Notes: generated from the sequence alone by a model not told the origin. Shown: positions 21,008 through 30,688, numbered from the stretch's first letter. The stretch is DNA of 64,000 nt from an uncultured Gemmatimonadales bacterium (GCA_963823035.1 CAWGKG010000010.1:320001-384000); one strand, 5' to 3'. Translations and numbers: made by a program.

Positions 21008-21432
21008 TGTCCGAGCCCTGCGTCTACACCGTGAGCGTCCAGGCGCACTACGATTCCGCGCACTTCCTGGTGAAGTACAAGGGGAAGTGCGAGCGCCTGC
21101 ACGGCCATCGCTACGTGGTGGAGGTCGCCGTCCAGACCGCCGAGCTGAACGAGTCGGGCATCGCCTTCGACTTCGTCGACCTGAAGCGTGAGCTGCGTGG
21201 GCTGGCCGACTACCTGGACCACGAGCTCCTGAACGAGCTGCCGGAGTTCGACGGGGTGGAGACGAGCGCGGAGAACCAGGCCCGGTGGTTCTACGACGAG
21301 CTGCGCAGGCGGCTCCCGGCCGAGCTGGCCACGGGATTGCTGTACGCGCGCGTCTGGGAGACACCCACGCAGTGGGCGCAATACGGACCGGCCGGGGCAC
21401 CGCTGCCCGCCGCACGCACGCCGTCGGCCTGA
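21007..21432 (+). CDS. queD: 6-carboxytetrahydropterin synthase (QueD / PTPS-I/III motif)
   Basis: DSAHFL, CERLHGHRY, LDHELLN, SAEN, WETP; TGATG coupling. Confidence 0.85.
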   Translation: MSEPCVYTVSVQAHYDSAHFLVKYKGKCERLHGHRYVVEVAVQTAELNESGIAFDFVDLKRELRGLADYLDHELLNELPEFDGVETSAENQARWFYDELRRRLPAELATGLLYARVWETPTQWAQYGPAGAPLPAARTPSA

Positions 21433-21454
21433 GCGCTCGCCGGCGCCGAGCCTC

Positions 21455-22084
21455 GTGCACCTGCTCCTCACCGACCGGCTGACCTGTCCGCGTTGCGGCC
21501 CGGAGTTCGGCCTCATCCTCCTGGCGGACAGCATGCGGGAACGGCTCGTCCTGGAGGGGAGGCTCGGATGCTCGAACTGCCGGGACGCCTTTCCCGTGCA
21601 CGACGGTTTCGGCGACCTGCGCGCGCCCCCCCGTGGTGACCTCCCCCCCGGACGGGTGGGTGATCCGGGCACCACCGATCCCGCCGAGGCCGAGCGCGTG
21701 ACGGCGCTCCTCGGCGTCGCCGAGGGCCCGGGGACGCTCGCGCTCGTGGGCGGCGTGGCGCGTTGCGCCGCCGGGGTGGCGGCGGCCGTGGAGGGCGTCG
21801 AGGTCGTGGCTGTCGACGCCGGGCTGGTGGCCTGGCCGGAAGCGCCGCGCGTGAGCCGGATGGTGGCGCGCCCGGGACTCCCATTCTTCGGGCGGACGCT
21901 GCGGGGCGTGGCGGTGGACGGGGCGCTGGGAGCCGCCTGGATCCGGGAGGCGTCGCGCGTCGTCGCGCCCCTTTCGCGGGTGGTGGTGGTGGACGCGCCG
22001 CCGGAGACGGAGACCGTCCTGGAGGAGGCTGGCCTGGGGGTGCTCGCGGCGGAGGCTGGAACCGTCGTGGCGGCAAGAGGTTGA
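21455..22084 (+). CDS. Hypothetical protein with Trm112-like N-terminal Zn finger
   Basis: LTCPRC...EGRLGCSNC...FPVHDG pattern; methyltransferase-like alpha/beta C-terminus. Confidence 0.65.
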   Translation: MHLLLTDRLTCPRCGPEFGLILLADSMRERLVLEGRLGCSNCRDAFPVHDGFGDLRAPPRGDLPPGRVGDPGTTDPAEAERVTALLGVAEGPGTLALVGGVARCAAGVAAAVEGVEVVAVDAGLVAWPEAPRVSRMVARPGLPFFGRTLRGVAVDGALGAAWIREASRVVAPLSRVVVVDAPPETETVLEEAGLGVLAAEAGTVVAARG

Positions 22085-22188
22085 GCGGCTGGGCGGCCGT
22101 TGCGCCCGCCGCCCGCCGTCGCCTACCTTCCCACGTCGGGCCGGCGCGACCGATGAAGGGTCGGGCCTCCTCATTTCCCCCCGGGTGC

Positions 22189-22641
22189 ATGGCATTCTGG
22201 AAGAAGCTCTTCGGAGACGACGATCCCCGCCGGGTGGACTACTACCGCGAAGGCGAGGAGTTGCTTCGTGACGGGAAGTTCCATGAGGCGCTGACCTCGT
22301 TCCGCCTCGCGCTGAAGGACCATCCGGGCGACACCGTGGTGCTTCAGCAGATCGCGATCTGCTACACCCGCATCGGGATGACCGACGAGGCGGCGAAGAC
22401 CTACCGGCATGTGCTGCAGAAGGAGCCGGGAGCGCCCGGCGCGCACTACGGGCTGGCGTTCATCCTGCTCCGCACCGGGCGCCCCGACGAAGCGATCCGG
22501 CACCTGGAGGCGTTCCTGGCCCACGTGCCCCACCAGCCCGAGGCGAGTGACTTCGTCGCGCACGCGCGGGTGACGTTGGCGCAGCTTCGGGGCGGGGCCC
22601 ACGAGACGGCTCCAGAGGCTCCGCCGAATGAGCTCCTCTAG
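22189..22641 (+). CDS. TPR protein
   Basis: Repeated TPR helices (AHYGLAFIL...AIRHLEAFL). Confidence 0.85.
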   Translation: MAFWKKLFGDDDPRRVDYYREGEELLRDGKFHEALTSFRLALKDHPGDTVVLQQIAICYTRIGMTDEAAKTYRHVLQKEPGAPGAHYGLAFILLRTGRPDEAIRHLEAFLAHVPHQPEASDFVAHARVTLAQLRGGAHETAPEAPPNELL

Positions 22642-23035
22642 CGTCGAGCTGCGCTGGACCGAAGGACTCACGTTCGTCGGGGGCGCGGAGGGAGGCCCGC
22701 AGATCACGACCGCGAGCGGCGGGGGCGAGGGTCCGTCCCCGACGCAACTGCTCCTCGTGTCGCTCGCCGGTTGCATGGGGATCGACGTCGTGGACATCCT
22801 GAACAAGTCCCGCGTGCCGCTCGAGGAGCTGCGCGTGCAGGTCGAGGGGTCCCGGGCGTCGGAGCCACCCCGCCGCTTCGAGTCGATCCGCCTGACCTAC
22901 CACGTGCGCGGACCCTCGGACGCCGACCAGGCCAAGCTCGAGCGCGCCGTCGAACTCTCCAGGGACAAGTACTGCAGCGTGCTGCACACGCTGCGTCCCG
23001 ACCTGGCGCTCGACGTCCGCATCGTGCGGACCTGA
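22628..23035 (+). CDS. OsmC family protein (YhfA-like)
   Basis: GPSPTQLLLVSLAGC, LSRDKYCSV. Confidence 0.9.
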   Translation: MSSSSVELRWTEGLTFVGGAEGGPQITTASGGGEGPSPTQLLLVSLAGCMGIDVVDILNKSRVPLEELRVQVEGSRASEPPRRFESIRLTYHVRGPSDADQAKLERAVELSRDKYCSVLHTLRPDLALDVRIVRT

Positions 23036-23059
23036 CCGCCGATCCGCCCCGGGGCCGCC

Positions 23060-24904
23060 ATGTCCGATCTCAAGCACGCCGCCAACGAGACGCCGGTCGA
23101 GCGCACGACGCTCGCCGAGATCTTCCTGGACTCGGTGGACGAGTTCGGGGAGGCCGACGCCTTCCGCTACTTCACCTCGGAGGGCGTCCTGCAGGGCATC
23201 CGCTACCGCGAGGCGTTGGCGATCGTACGTCGCGTGGCTGCCGCGCTGGAGGTGCAGGGCGTGACGCGCGGAGACCGGGCGGCGATCCTCGCCGAGAACA
23301 GACCGGAGTGGGCGCTCGCCGATTTCGGGTGCCTGTGCTGCGGGGTCGTGGACGTGCCGGTCTACCCTTCGTTGCCGGCCTCCCAGGTGAGCTACGTCCT
23401 GAAGGACTCGGGGGCGAAGCTGCTTTTCGTCTCCACCCCCGAGCACCTGGAGAAGGCTCTCATCGCACGGGCGGCGTGCGCCTCCCCGGTGCAGCTCGTC
23501 GTCTTCGACCCTCCGCCGGATCTCCCCGAGGGCGTGCTCTCGTGGGAAGCCTTCCTGGAAGCCGGAACGGCGCTCGCCGAGGAGACCGGCGAGGACCTGT
23601 TCCGGGAGCGCGCGCTCCAGGCGCGTCCCGACGACGTCGCGACGGTGTTGTACACCTCCGGCACGACGGGAACGCCCAAGGGGGTCATGCTTACGCACGG
23701 CAACGTCGGGTCGAACGTGCTCGCATGCTCCGCCGTGCTCGGCGTGACCTCCGCGGACCTGGCCGCGAGCTTCCTGCCGCTGTCGCACATCCTACAGCGG
23801 ATGGTGGACTACCTCTTCTTCCACGTGGGGTGCACGATCGCCTATCCGCGCTCGATCCTCACGGTGGTCGACGACATGCAGGTGATCCATCCGACCATCG
23901 CGGTCTCGGTGCCGCGGCTCTACGAGAAGATCTACAACGGGGTCATGGAGGCGCACGGACTCAAGAGGCGGATCATCGACTGGGCGGTCGGTGTCGCCGA
24001 TCGCGCCGCCGACCTGCGCCTGGCCGGGAAGCGGCCGAGCGGCCTGCTCGGCCTCCAGTATGCGCTGGCGGACCGCATCGTGTTCAGGAAGGTCCGGGAC
24101 GCCGTGGGCGGGCGCATGCGCTACTTCGTGAGTGGCGGCGCGCCGCTGGCGCCCGCGCTCAACCGCTTCTTCTACTCCATCGGGTTGACGATCCTGGAGG
24201 GCTACGGCCTCACCGAGACCAGCCCCGTCACCAACGTGAACACCGAGGAGCACTTCCGGATCGGCACGGTCGGCAAGGCCGTGCCCGGCACCGAGATCGC
24301 CATTGCCGAGGACGGCGAGGTGCTCGTACGCGGGCCGCAGGTCATGAAGGGCTACTACAACCGGCCGCGCGAGACGGCCGAAGTGATCGACGCGGACGGC
24401 TGGTTCCACACGGGCGACGTGGGTGAGCTGGACGACGACGGCTTCCTGCGCATCACCGACCGGAAGAAGGACCTCATCGTCACGGCGGGCGGGAAGAACG
24501 TCGCGCCGCAGCCCATCGAGAACCGACTCAAGACGATCCCCCTGATCGAGCAGGCCGTGCTCATCGGCGACCGGAGGAAGTTCGTCTCCCTCCTGGTCGT
24601 TCCCGCCTTCGGGCAGCTCGAGGCGTGGGCGAGGGAGCAGGGGCTGCGTTGGGGCGACCGGAGCGATCTCCTGAAGCTCCCCGAGGTCGTGAAGCACGTG
24701 GAGGAGGCGATCGAAGCCGAGTTGTCCGGGCTCGCCTCCTTCGAGCGGCCCAAGAAGATCGCCCTTCTCGAAGACGAGTTCTCCATCCAGAACGGCTCCC
24801 TGACCCCGACGCTGAAGGTGAAGCGCAGGGTCATCCAGGACCGATTCAAGGATGTCATCGACGACCTCTACGGGGACGAGGCCGTGGACGCGGCGCTCCG
24901 CTGA
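23060..24904 (+). CDS. Long-chain fatty acid--CoA ligase
   Basis: YTSGTTGTPKG, EGYGLTET, FHTGDVG, DRKKDLIVTAGGKN. Confidence 0.92.
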   Translation: MSDLKHAANETPVERTTLAEIFLDSVDEFGEADAFRYFTSEGVLQGIRYREALAIVRRVAAALEVQGVTRGDRAAILAENRPEWALADFGCLCCGVVDVPVYPSLPASQVSYVLKDSGAKLLFVSTPEHLEKALIARAACASPVQLVVFDPPPDLPEGVLSWEAFLEAGTALAEETGEDLFRERALQARPDDVATVLYTSGTTGTPKGVMLTHGNVGSNVLACSAVLGVTSADLAASFLPLSHILQRMVDYLFFHVGCTIAYPRSILTVVDDMQVIHPTIAVSVPRLYEKIYNGVMEAHGLKRRIIDWAVGVADRAADLRLAGKRPSGLLGLQYALADRIVFRKVRDAVGGRMRYFVSGGAPLAPALNRFFYSIGLTILEGYGLTETSPVTNVNTEEHFRIGTVGKAVPGTEIAIAEDGEVLVRGPQVMKGYYNRPRETAEVIDADGWFHTGDVGELDDDGFLRITDRKKDLIVTAGGKNVAPQPIENRLKTIPLIEQAVLIGDRRKFVSLLVVPAFGQLEAWAREQGLRWGDRSDLLKLPEVVKHVEEAIEAELSGLASFERPKKIALLEDEFSIQNGSLTPTLKVKRRVIQDRFKDVIDDLYGDEAVDAALR

Positions 24905-24911
24905 CGCCTCC

Positions 24912-25049
24912 ATGCCCAACGACGTCCGGACGATCCTCCTCACGGCACCCGACGCGGACACGGCCGAGCCCCTGGGGCGCGCCCTCGTGGAAGAGCGGCT
25001 CGCGGCATGGCAGGGTGAGGTGCGTCGCGGGGCGGAGGCGGGAGCGTGA
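24912..25049 (+). pseudogene. cutA: Internally deleted, truncated CutA remnant
   Basis: LLTAPDADTAEPLGRALVEERLAA joined directly to WQGEV; the C-xN...Y segment and C-terminal half of CutA are missing. Confidence 0.65.
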
Positions 25050-25954
25050 GCGCGAGAAGGCGCGGGAAGGCTCGGAACGGGACCGCGGAGGACGGCGTCG
25101 AGCAGGTGGAGCTGTTGTCCAACGCGGAGCCCGAGACGGCCCCTGGGTCTGCGGCCGCTCCCGGGTCCGAGGCAGCCCCGGAGCCGGAGGGGGCCCGCGA
25201 ACCCGAGGCGGCTCCCGAGCGCGAGGCTCCGCCCCAGCAGCACAACCTCGGGTTGGAGCCTGCCGCTGCGCCGCGGCCCGCCTCGAAGCCCTCCGCGCCG
25301 GCGTCGCCCGCGCCGGAGGGGGCCGGACGGGTGCCGCCACCCTCGGGCGAGCGGCTGGCCCGGGCGAAGCAGAAGGTCCGTGAGGGAAAGGTCGAGCAAG
25401 CGACCGAGCTGTACCGGGACATCCTGTCGGAGAACCCGGGCAACCTCAAGGCCCGCAACAACCTCGGCGCGCTCTACGGGGCGGTGGGACAGCACGGGTT
25501 GGCGCTGGAGCAGTTCGAGGCCGCGGCCCGGCTCGATCCGGACAGCGTCGAGGTGCTCAACAATCTCGGCTCCACGCTGGCCCTCCTCGGCCGCTACGAC
25601 GAGGCGGAGGTGGGGCTGCGGCGCGCGCTGCGGCTCCATCCGGACGACCCCGAGGTCCGCACGAGCTTCGGGATCCTCTACTTCCGGCGCGGCGTCTACG
25701 CACAGGCCGAGGCCGAGCTGCGGTGGGTGTGCGAGCGCGATCCCGAGCACGCCACTGCCTTCTACTACCGCGGTGAGGCGCTGAACCGGCTGGGACGGGT
25801 CGACGAGGCGCTCGAGGCCCTCGAGCGCGCGACGGTGCTCGACCCGACGAACGCGAAGGCCTTCTTCACCCTGGGCATCCTGTACGACCGGAAGCATCTT
25901 CCAGAAGAGGCCACGGTGATGTACCGGCGGTTCAGGGAGCTGCAGAGCAGGTGA
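25046..25954 (+). CDS. TPR protein with low-complexity N-terminus
   Basis: About 5 TPRs (ARNNLG, VLNNLG, AFYYRG, AFFTLG); Pro/Ala/Glu-rich N-terminus; start uncertain. Confidence 0.85.
   Translation: MSARRRGKARNGTAEDGVEQVELLSNAEPETAPGSAAAPGSEAAPEPEGAREPEAAPEREAPPQQHNLGLEPAAAPRPASKPSAPASPAPEGAGRVPPPSGERLARAKQKVREGKVEQATELYRDILSENPGNLKARNNLGALYGAVGQHGLALEQFEAAARLDPDSVEVLNNLGSTLALLGRYDEAEVGLRRALRLHPDDPEVRTSFGILYFRRGVYAQAEAELRWVCERDPEHATAFYYRGEALNRLGRVDEALEALERATVLDPTNAKAFFTLGILYDRKHLPEEATVMYRRFRELQSR
25127..25234 (+). repeat. Degenerate 18-bp coding tandem repeat x6
   Basis: EPETAP-GSAAAP-GSEAAP-EPEGAR-EPEAAP-EREAPP. Confidence 0.65.
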
Positions 25955-26475
25955 TCCAAGTACGCACGGGCGTCCTCTCCGAGCAGGGCCGGGAGGGGAT
26001 CCTACGACCCATCCGATCGGACCTGGCGCCCCTCACCCAGGCGGCCCGCGACGTGGTCACCGCGGCGGGGCCCTCGGTGACGAAACGCCTCGAGCAGTTG
26101 GGTAGCCTTCCGCCCGGAAGCGCGGTCATCACACCCGCCGGCGACCTTCCCGCATCGTTCATCATCCACATCGTCACCGCCTCCGAGGAGGAGCCCGAAA
26201 CGCCCCTCTCCGTGCAGCGCGCGCTGCGCAACGGGCTGCGCCGCGCGGCGGACTGGGCGCTCACGTCCCTGGCGATGCCGCCCCTCGGCGCGGGCGCGGG
26301 GCACCTCGATGCCGAGGCGGCCGCGCGCGCCCAGTTGCAGATCCTGGTGGATCACCTGGACGAAGGCCTCCCCCCGCTCGATCTGACGATCGTGGTCTCC
26401 GGCGGGTACGAGGCCGAGGTCTTCGATCGGCTGGCGGCCGAGTTGACGCGGGACCGCTTCCCCCAGCTCGGCTGA
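25951..26475 (+). CDS. Macro domain protein (divergent)
   Basis: GSAVITPAGDLPASFIIHIV and SLAMPPLGAGAG macro motifs. Confidence 0.82.
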   Translation: MIQVRTGVLSEQGREGILRPIRSDLAPLTQAARDVVTAAGPSVTKRLEQLGSLPPGSAVITPAGDLPASFIIHIVTASEEEPETPLSVQRALRNGLRRAADWALTSLAMPPLGAGAGHLDAEAAARAQLQILVDHLDEGLPPLDLTIVVSGGYEAEVFDRLAAELTRDRFPQLG

Positions 26476-26530
26476 CTGCCGGACCGATGCGGATGCCTCC
26501 CTGCCGCACCCCCATCGCGCCCGCCTGCCC

Positions 26531-28069
26531 GTGAGACGCGTCCTGGGGGGCGCGATCGTCCTGGTCTGGCTCGCGATGGTCGGGTGGCAGGTCCGCCGCG
26601 AGTACTTCCAGCCGGAGTTGGCGCGCCTGACCGAGGCGGCGCTGTCCCTCGCTCCCGGGGTCAGCTTCTACACGCTGACGATGGGCGGCCGCACGGTGGG
26701 GCTGGCCACGTCGCGCCTGGACACGCTCCCGGACGGCTTCGAGCTCGAGGACTTCATGAACCTGGAGCTCCCCGCGCTGGGCCAGACCGGTACGGCCGTG
26801 GCGCGCACCCGCGTCAAGCTGAGCCCGGCGCTGGTCATGGAGGACTTCACCTTCTCGTTGGACAGCGAGGTCGGACGCTTCCAGGCGAGCGGCAGCGTGA
26901 GCGCCGACACGACGTTGCACGTCTCCATCCGCTCTGCGGGGAGCGAGCAGAAGCTGAACTTCCGTCTGGAGCAGCCTCCGGTGTTCTCCTCGGTGGTGCC
27001 GATCCGGCTGGCGGTGGGGGAGGGGCTCGAGGTGGGGTCGAGCGTCCGCTTCCCGGTGTTCGACCCCACCACGCTCGGGACCCGCACCGTCGAGGTGCGC
27101 GTGCTCGAGCACGACACGCTGGTGGTGCCGGACAGTGCGGCTCTGGACCCTGGCACCGGCCGCTGGCGGCCCGCGCACTGGGATTCCATCCCGGCCTGGC
27201 GCGTCACGGAGGCGTTCGGGGGGATCCAGGTCGAGAGCTGGATCGACGAGGACGGGCGGATCATCCGCTCGGCCAGCCCGCTCGGCTTCGAGATGGAGAA
27301 GACCGAGTACGAGCTGGCGCGCCAGTCCCAGGAGGACGCTCGCCGGACCGCGAGCGGTGGTGCCGTGGACTCCGACGTCATCCTCTCCACGGCGGTGCGC
27401 AGCGACGTGGATCTCGAGGACGTCGAGCAGTTCCAGGAGCTGCGCTTCCGCCTCACGGGCGTCGACCTCTCGGGCTTCCAGCTGGACGGTGGGCGCCAGA
27501 CGATGCACGGCGACACGCTCATCGTGCGCCGCGAGGACTGGGACGCGATCGATCCCGGGTATCGGCTGCCCTACCCGCGCATGGATCTCCGCGAGGAGCT
27601 CGAGCCCGAGCCGCTCATCCAGAGCGACGACCCCCGCATCCTGGCCCGTGCCCGCGAGGTGACGCAGGCGCGCGCCTCGTGGCGTCAGGACCCGAAGGAG
27701 GTCGCGCGCGCGCTCACGACGTCCGTGCACGGGATGCTGGAGAAGGCGATCACGTTCTCCGTGCCGAACGCCGTGCAGGTGCTCGAGACGCGGCGGGGTG
27801 ACTGCAACGAGCACACCGTGTTGTACGTGGCGATGGCGCGCGCGCTCGGCCTGCCCGCACGGACGGCCGTCGGGCTGGTCTACGTGAACGGGGCGTTCTT
27901 CTACCACGCCTGGCCCGAGGTGTGGCTGGGCGAGTGGGTGGCGATGGACCCGACGTTCGGTCAGGTGCCCGCCGACGCCTCGCACATCCGCTTCGTGGTG
28001 GGCGGCCTGGCCGAGCAGGTGGAGATCGTCCGCCTGATCGGGAACCTCGGCATCGAGGTCGTCCAGTGA
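26531..28069 (+). CDS. Membrane-anchored transglutaminase-like protein
   Basis: N-terminal TM; GDCNEH, ARALGLPAR, YHAWPEVW, MDPT triad motifs. Confidence 0.88.
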   Translation: MRRVLGGAIVLVWLAMVGWQVRREYFQPELARLTEAALSLAPGVSFYTLTMGGRTVGLATSRLDTLPDGFELEDFMNLELPALGQTGTAVARTRVKLSPALVMEDFTFSLDSEVGRFQASGSVSADTTLHVSIRSAGSEQKLNFRLEQPPVFSSVVPIRLAVGEGLEVGSSVRFPVFDPTTLGTRTVEVRVLEHDTLVVPDSAALDPGTGRWRPAHWDSIPAWRVTEAFGGIQVESWIDEDGRIIRSASPLGFEMEKTEYELARQSQEDARRTASGGAVDSDVILSTAVRSDVDLEDVEQFQELRFRLTGVDLSGFQLDGGRQTMHGDTLIVRREDWDAIDPGYRLPYPRMDLREELEPEPLIQSDDPRILARAREVTQARASWRQDPKEVARALTTSVHGMLEKAITFSVPNAVQVLETRRGDCNEHTVLYVAMARALGLPARTAVGLVYVNGAFFYHAWPEVWLGEWVAMDPTFGQVPADASHIRFVVGGLAEQVEIVRLIGNLGIEVVQ

Positions 28070-28860
28070 GCGAACGCGCCGAGCAGCCGATGCTGCGCCT
28101 GGAGGGCGTGGTGAAGCGCTACGGGGGCTTCACCGCCGTCGCCGGGCTGACGCTCGACGTGCCGCGGGGTGAGATCTTCGGGTTCCTCGGCCCGAACGGC
28201 GCGGGCAAGACCACCACGATCCGCATGGTGGCGGGCGTGCTCCAGCCCAGCGCGGGACGCATCCTCATCGGCGGAGACGACCTGGCCCGGCGCCCGGCGG
28301 CCGCGAAGACGCGCATGGGTTACGTGCCCGACCGCCCCTTCCTCTACGAGAAGCTTTCCGGCGGGGAGTTCCTGCGCTTCGTCGCGGGGCTGTGGGGGAA
28401 GGACGGCCCGGCGGCGGAGGCGCGCGCCGACCGCCTGCTCGAGCTCTTCCACCTCATGGAGTGGAAGAACGAGCTCATCGAGAGCTACTCGCACGGGATG
28501 CGGCAGAAGCTCCTGATCAGCTCGGCGCTCATCCACCAGCCCGAGGTGATCGTCGTGGACGAGCCGATGGTCGGGCTGGACCCGCGCTCGGCGCGCCTGC
28601 TCAAGGACCTGCTGCGGGCCTTCGTCGACCAGGGGGGCACGGTCTTCCTGTCGACGCACACGCTCGAGGTGGCCGAGGCGGTGTGCGACCGCATCGCGAT
28701 CATCAGCGGTGGGCAGGTGATCGCCCTCGGCACCATGGAAGAGCTGCGCGCCCAGGTCGACGCGGGCGGCGCCCACCTGGAGGAGATCTTCCTCAAGGTG
28801 ACGGGCGGCGAGGACATGGCCGACGTCATCCGCGGGCTGGGCGAGGCGATCGAGCCGTGA
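28066..28860 (+). CDS. ABC transporter ATP-binding protein
   Basis: GPNGAGKTT, YSHGMRQK, DEPMVGLDP. Confidence 0.92.
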   Translation: MSERAEQPMLRLEGVVKRYGGFTAVAGLTLDVPRGEIFGFLGPNGAGKTTTIRMVAGVLQPSAGRILIGGDDLARRPAAAKTRMGYVPDRPFLYEKLSGGEFLRFVAGLWGKDGPAAEARADRLLELFHLMEWKNELIESYSHGMRQKLLISSALIHQPEVIVVDEPMVGLDPRSARLLKDLLRAFVDQGGTVFLSTHTLEVAEAVCDRIAIISGGQVIALGTMEELRAQVDAGGAHLEEIFLKVTGGEDMADVIRGLGEAIEP

Positions 28861-30560
28861 GCACGGCCGGCGCCCGCCGACCGACGGGCATCGCCTGGCT
28901 GCTGCGCCCGAAGCTGCGCACGAAGCTGAACCGTGCCCGCTCCGACGAGGGCCGGTGGTTCAAGGCGGGGCTCCTCGGTTTCGTCGCCCTCTTCTTCTGG
29001 GCGCTGATCTTCGCGGTGATCTTCCGCATGCTGCTCTACTTCCGCGGCACGCAGGGGATCGGTGACCTTCTCGCGGCCAAGCTGCTCGGCATCGCGCTGC
29101 TCACCTTCCTGATGATCCTGATCCTCTCGAACGTGATCACCGCGCTGTCCACCTTCTTCCTCTCGGACGACCTGGAGCTGCTGGTGGCTGCGCCGCTCGA
29201 TCCGGTGCGCGTGTACGGTGCGCGCCTGACCGAGACCATCGTCGACTCCTCGTGGATGGTGGCGCTGCTGTCCGTCCCGCTCATCGCGGCGTACGGCGCG
29301 GTGTACGCGGCCGGATTGCCGTTCTACCTGTTGGCCGTCGCGACCATGGTACCCTTTCTCGTGGTGCCGGCCGTGCTCGGGAGCGCGGTCACGCTGGTGT
29401 TGGTGAACGTCTTTCCGGCGCGGCGGACGCGGGACCTGCTGGCGCTCGTCGGGCTGTTCGCCGCGGCGGGCGTGGTGGTGCTCTTCCGCTTCCTCCGGCC
29501 GGAGCGGCTCGTGCGCCCGGAGGAGTTCCGCGACCTGGTCGACTTCATGGCCGTGCTGCGCACGCCCACGTCGCCCTGGCTTCCGAGTGAATGGGCCTCC
29601 GGAGCCCTGATGTCGTGGCTGAACGGGGTGTTCGAGCCGTTCCCCTTCCTCCTCCTGTGGAGCACGGCGGCGGCGTTCGTCGTGCTGGGCGCCTGGCTGC
29701 ACGTCCGCTGGTTCGGCATGGGGTTCACGCGCGCGCAGGAGGGCGCCGAGCGGCGCGAGGGCAGGCTGCGATCGCGCCTGGTGGACCGCCTCATGGCGGG
29801 CGCCCGCTCCGACACGCGCAGCATGGTGGCGAAGGAGGTGCGCGTCTTCTTCCGCGACACCACGCAGTGGTCGCAGCTGGTGCTCCTGGCCGTGCTCGTC
29901 GCCGTCTACGTCTACAACATCACGGTGCTCCCGCTCTACTCGGGAGAGCAGGTGTCCTTCTTCCTCATCAACGTGGTCTCGTTCCTGAACCTGGGGTTGG
30001 CGGGCTTCGTGGTGGCGGCCATCGCGGCGCGCTTCGTCTTCCCCGCCATGTCTCTGGAAGGGCGCATGATGTGGCTGCTGCGCTCCTCGCCGCTCGACGT
30101 GAAGACGCTCTTCTGGGCGAAGTACTGGGTCGGGACGCTCCCGCTCCTGCTGGTGGCGCTCCCGCTCATCGTCATCACGAACGTGGTGTTGAAGGCGTCC
30201 ACCTTCGTGCTCGTCCTGACCACGGTCACCATGGTCGGCGTGACCTTCGCGCTCACCGCGCTCGCGCTGGGGCTCGGGGCGCTCTACCCGAACTACGAGA
30301 CAGAGAACGTCGCCGAGATCCCCACCTCGTTCGGCGGCCTCCTCTTCATGATGTCCGCCGTGACCTATCTGGCCGGCGTGGTGGTCATGGAAGCGTGGCC
30401 GGTCTACCTCTTCCTCGCGGCCCGCTTCCGTCCGGACGCGCCGGAGGTGGGCGTCCTGCCGCTCGTGCTGGGGGGCACGGGCGTGCTCGCTTTGACGGCG
30501 GCGGCGGTGATGCTGCCCCTGCGGGCCGGCGTCCGACGGGTGCGCGATCTGGAGCCGTAG
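28857..30560 (+). CDS. ABC-2-type exporter permease (multi-TM)
   Basis: Many TMs, DLELLVAAP and SLEGRMMWLLRSSP repeats; GTGA coupling. Confidence 0.85.
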   Translation: MSTAGARRPTGIAWLLRPKLRTKLNRARSDEGRWFKAGLLGFVALFFWALIFAVIFRMLLYFRGTQGIGDLLAAKLLGIALLTFLMILILSNVITALSTFFLSDDLELLVAAPLDPVRVYGARLTETIVDSSWMVALLSVPLIAAYGAVYAAGLPFYLLAVATMVPFLVVPAVLGSAVTLVLVNVFPARRTRDLLALVGLFAAAGVVVLFRFLRPERLVRPEEFRDLVDFMAVLRTPTSPWLPSEWASGALMSWLNGVFEPFPFLLLWSTAAAFVVLGAWLHVRWFGMGFTRAQEGAERREGRLRSRLVDRLMAGARSDTRSMVAKEVRVFFRDTTQWSQLVLLAVLVAVYVYNITVLPLYSGEQVSFFLINVVSFLNLGLAGFVVAAIAARFVFPAMSLEGRMMWLLRSSPLDVKTLFWAKYWVGTLPLLLVALPLIVITNVVLKASTFVLVLTTVTMVGVTFALTALALGLGALYPNYETENVAEIPTSFGGLLFMMSAVTYLAGVVVMEAWPVYLFLAARFRPDAPEVGVLPLVLGGTGVLALTAAAVMLPLRAGVRRVRDLEP

Positions 30561-30688
30561 CGGGACCAGGGGAGCCCGGACCGCTCGCGGGCGTCAGGAT
30601 TCAGCGCCTCGGGGCTCTCGGTGGCTCGCGGATTTCCGCGGCACCGCACTAGATTCGCGCGTACCAGCCACCCGACGGAGCCGACCCG

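Noticed and set aside
24912..24929. Same N-terminus MPNDVR as the gene at 3942
   Set aside because: Only 6 codons with no extended similarity; likely chance
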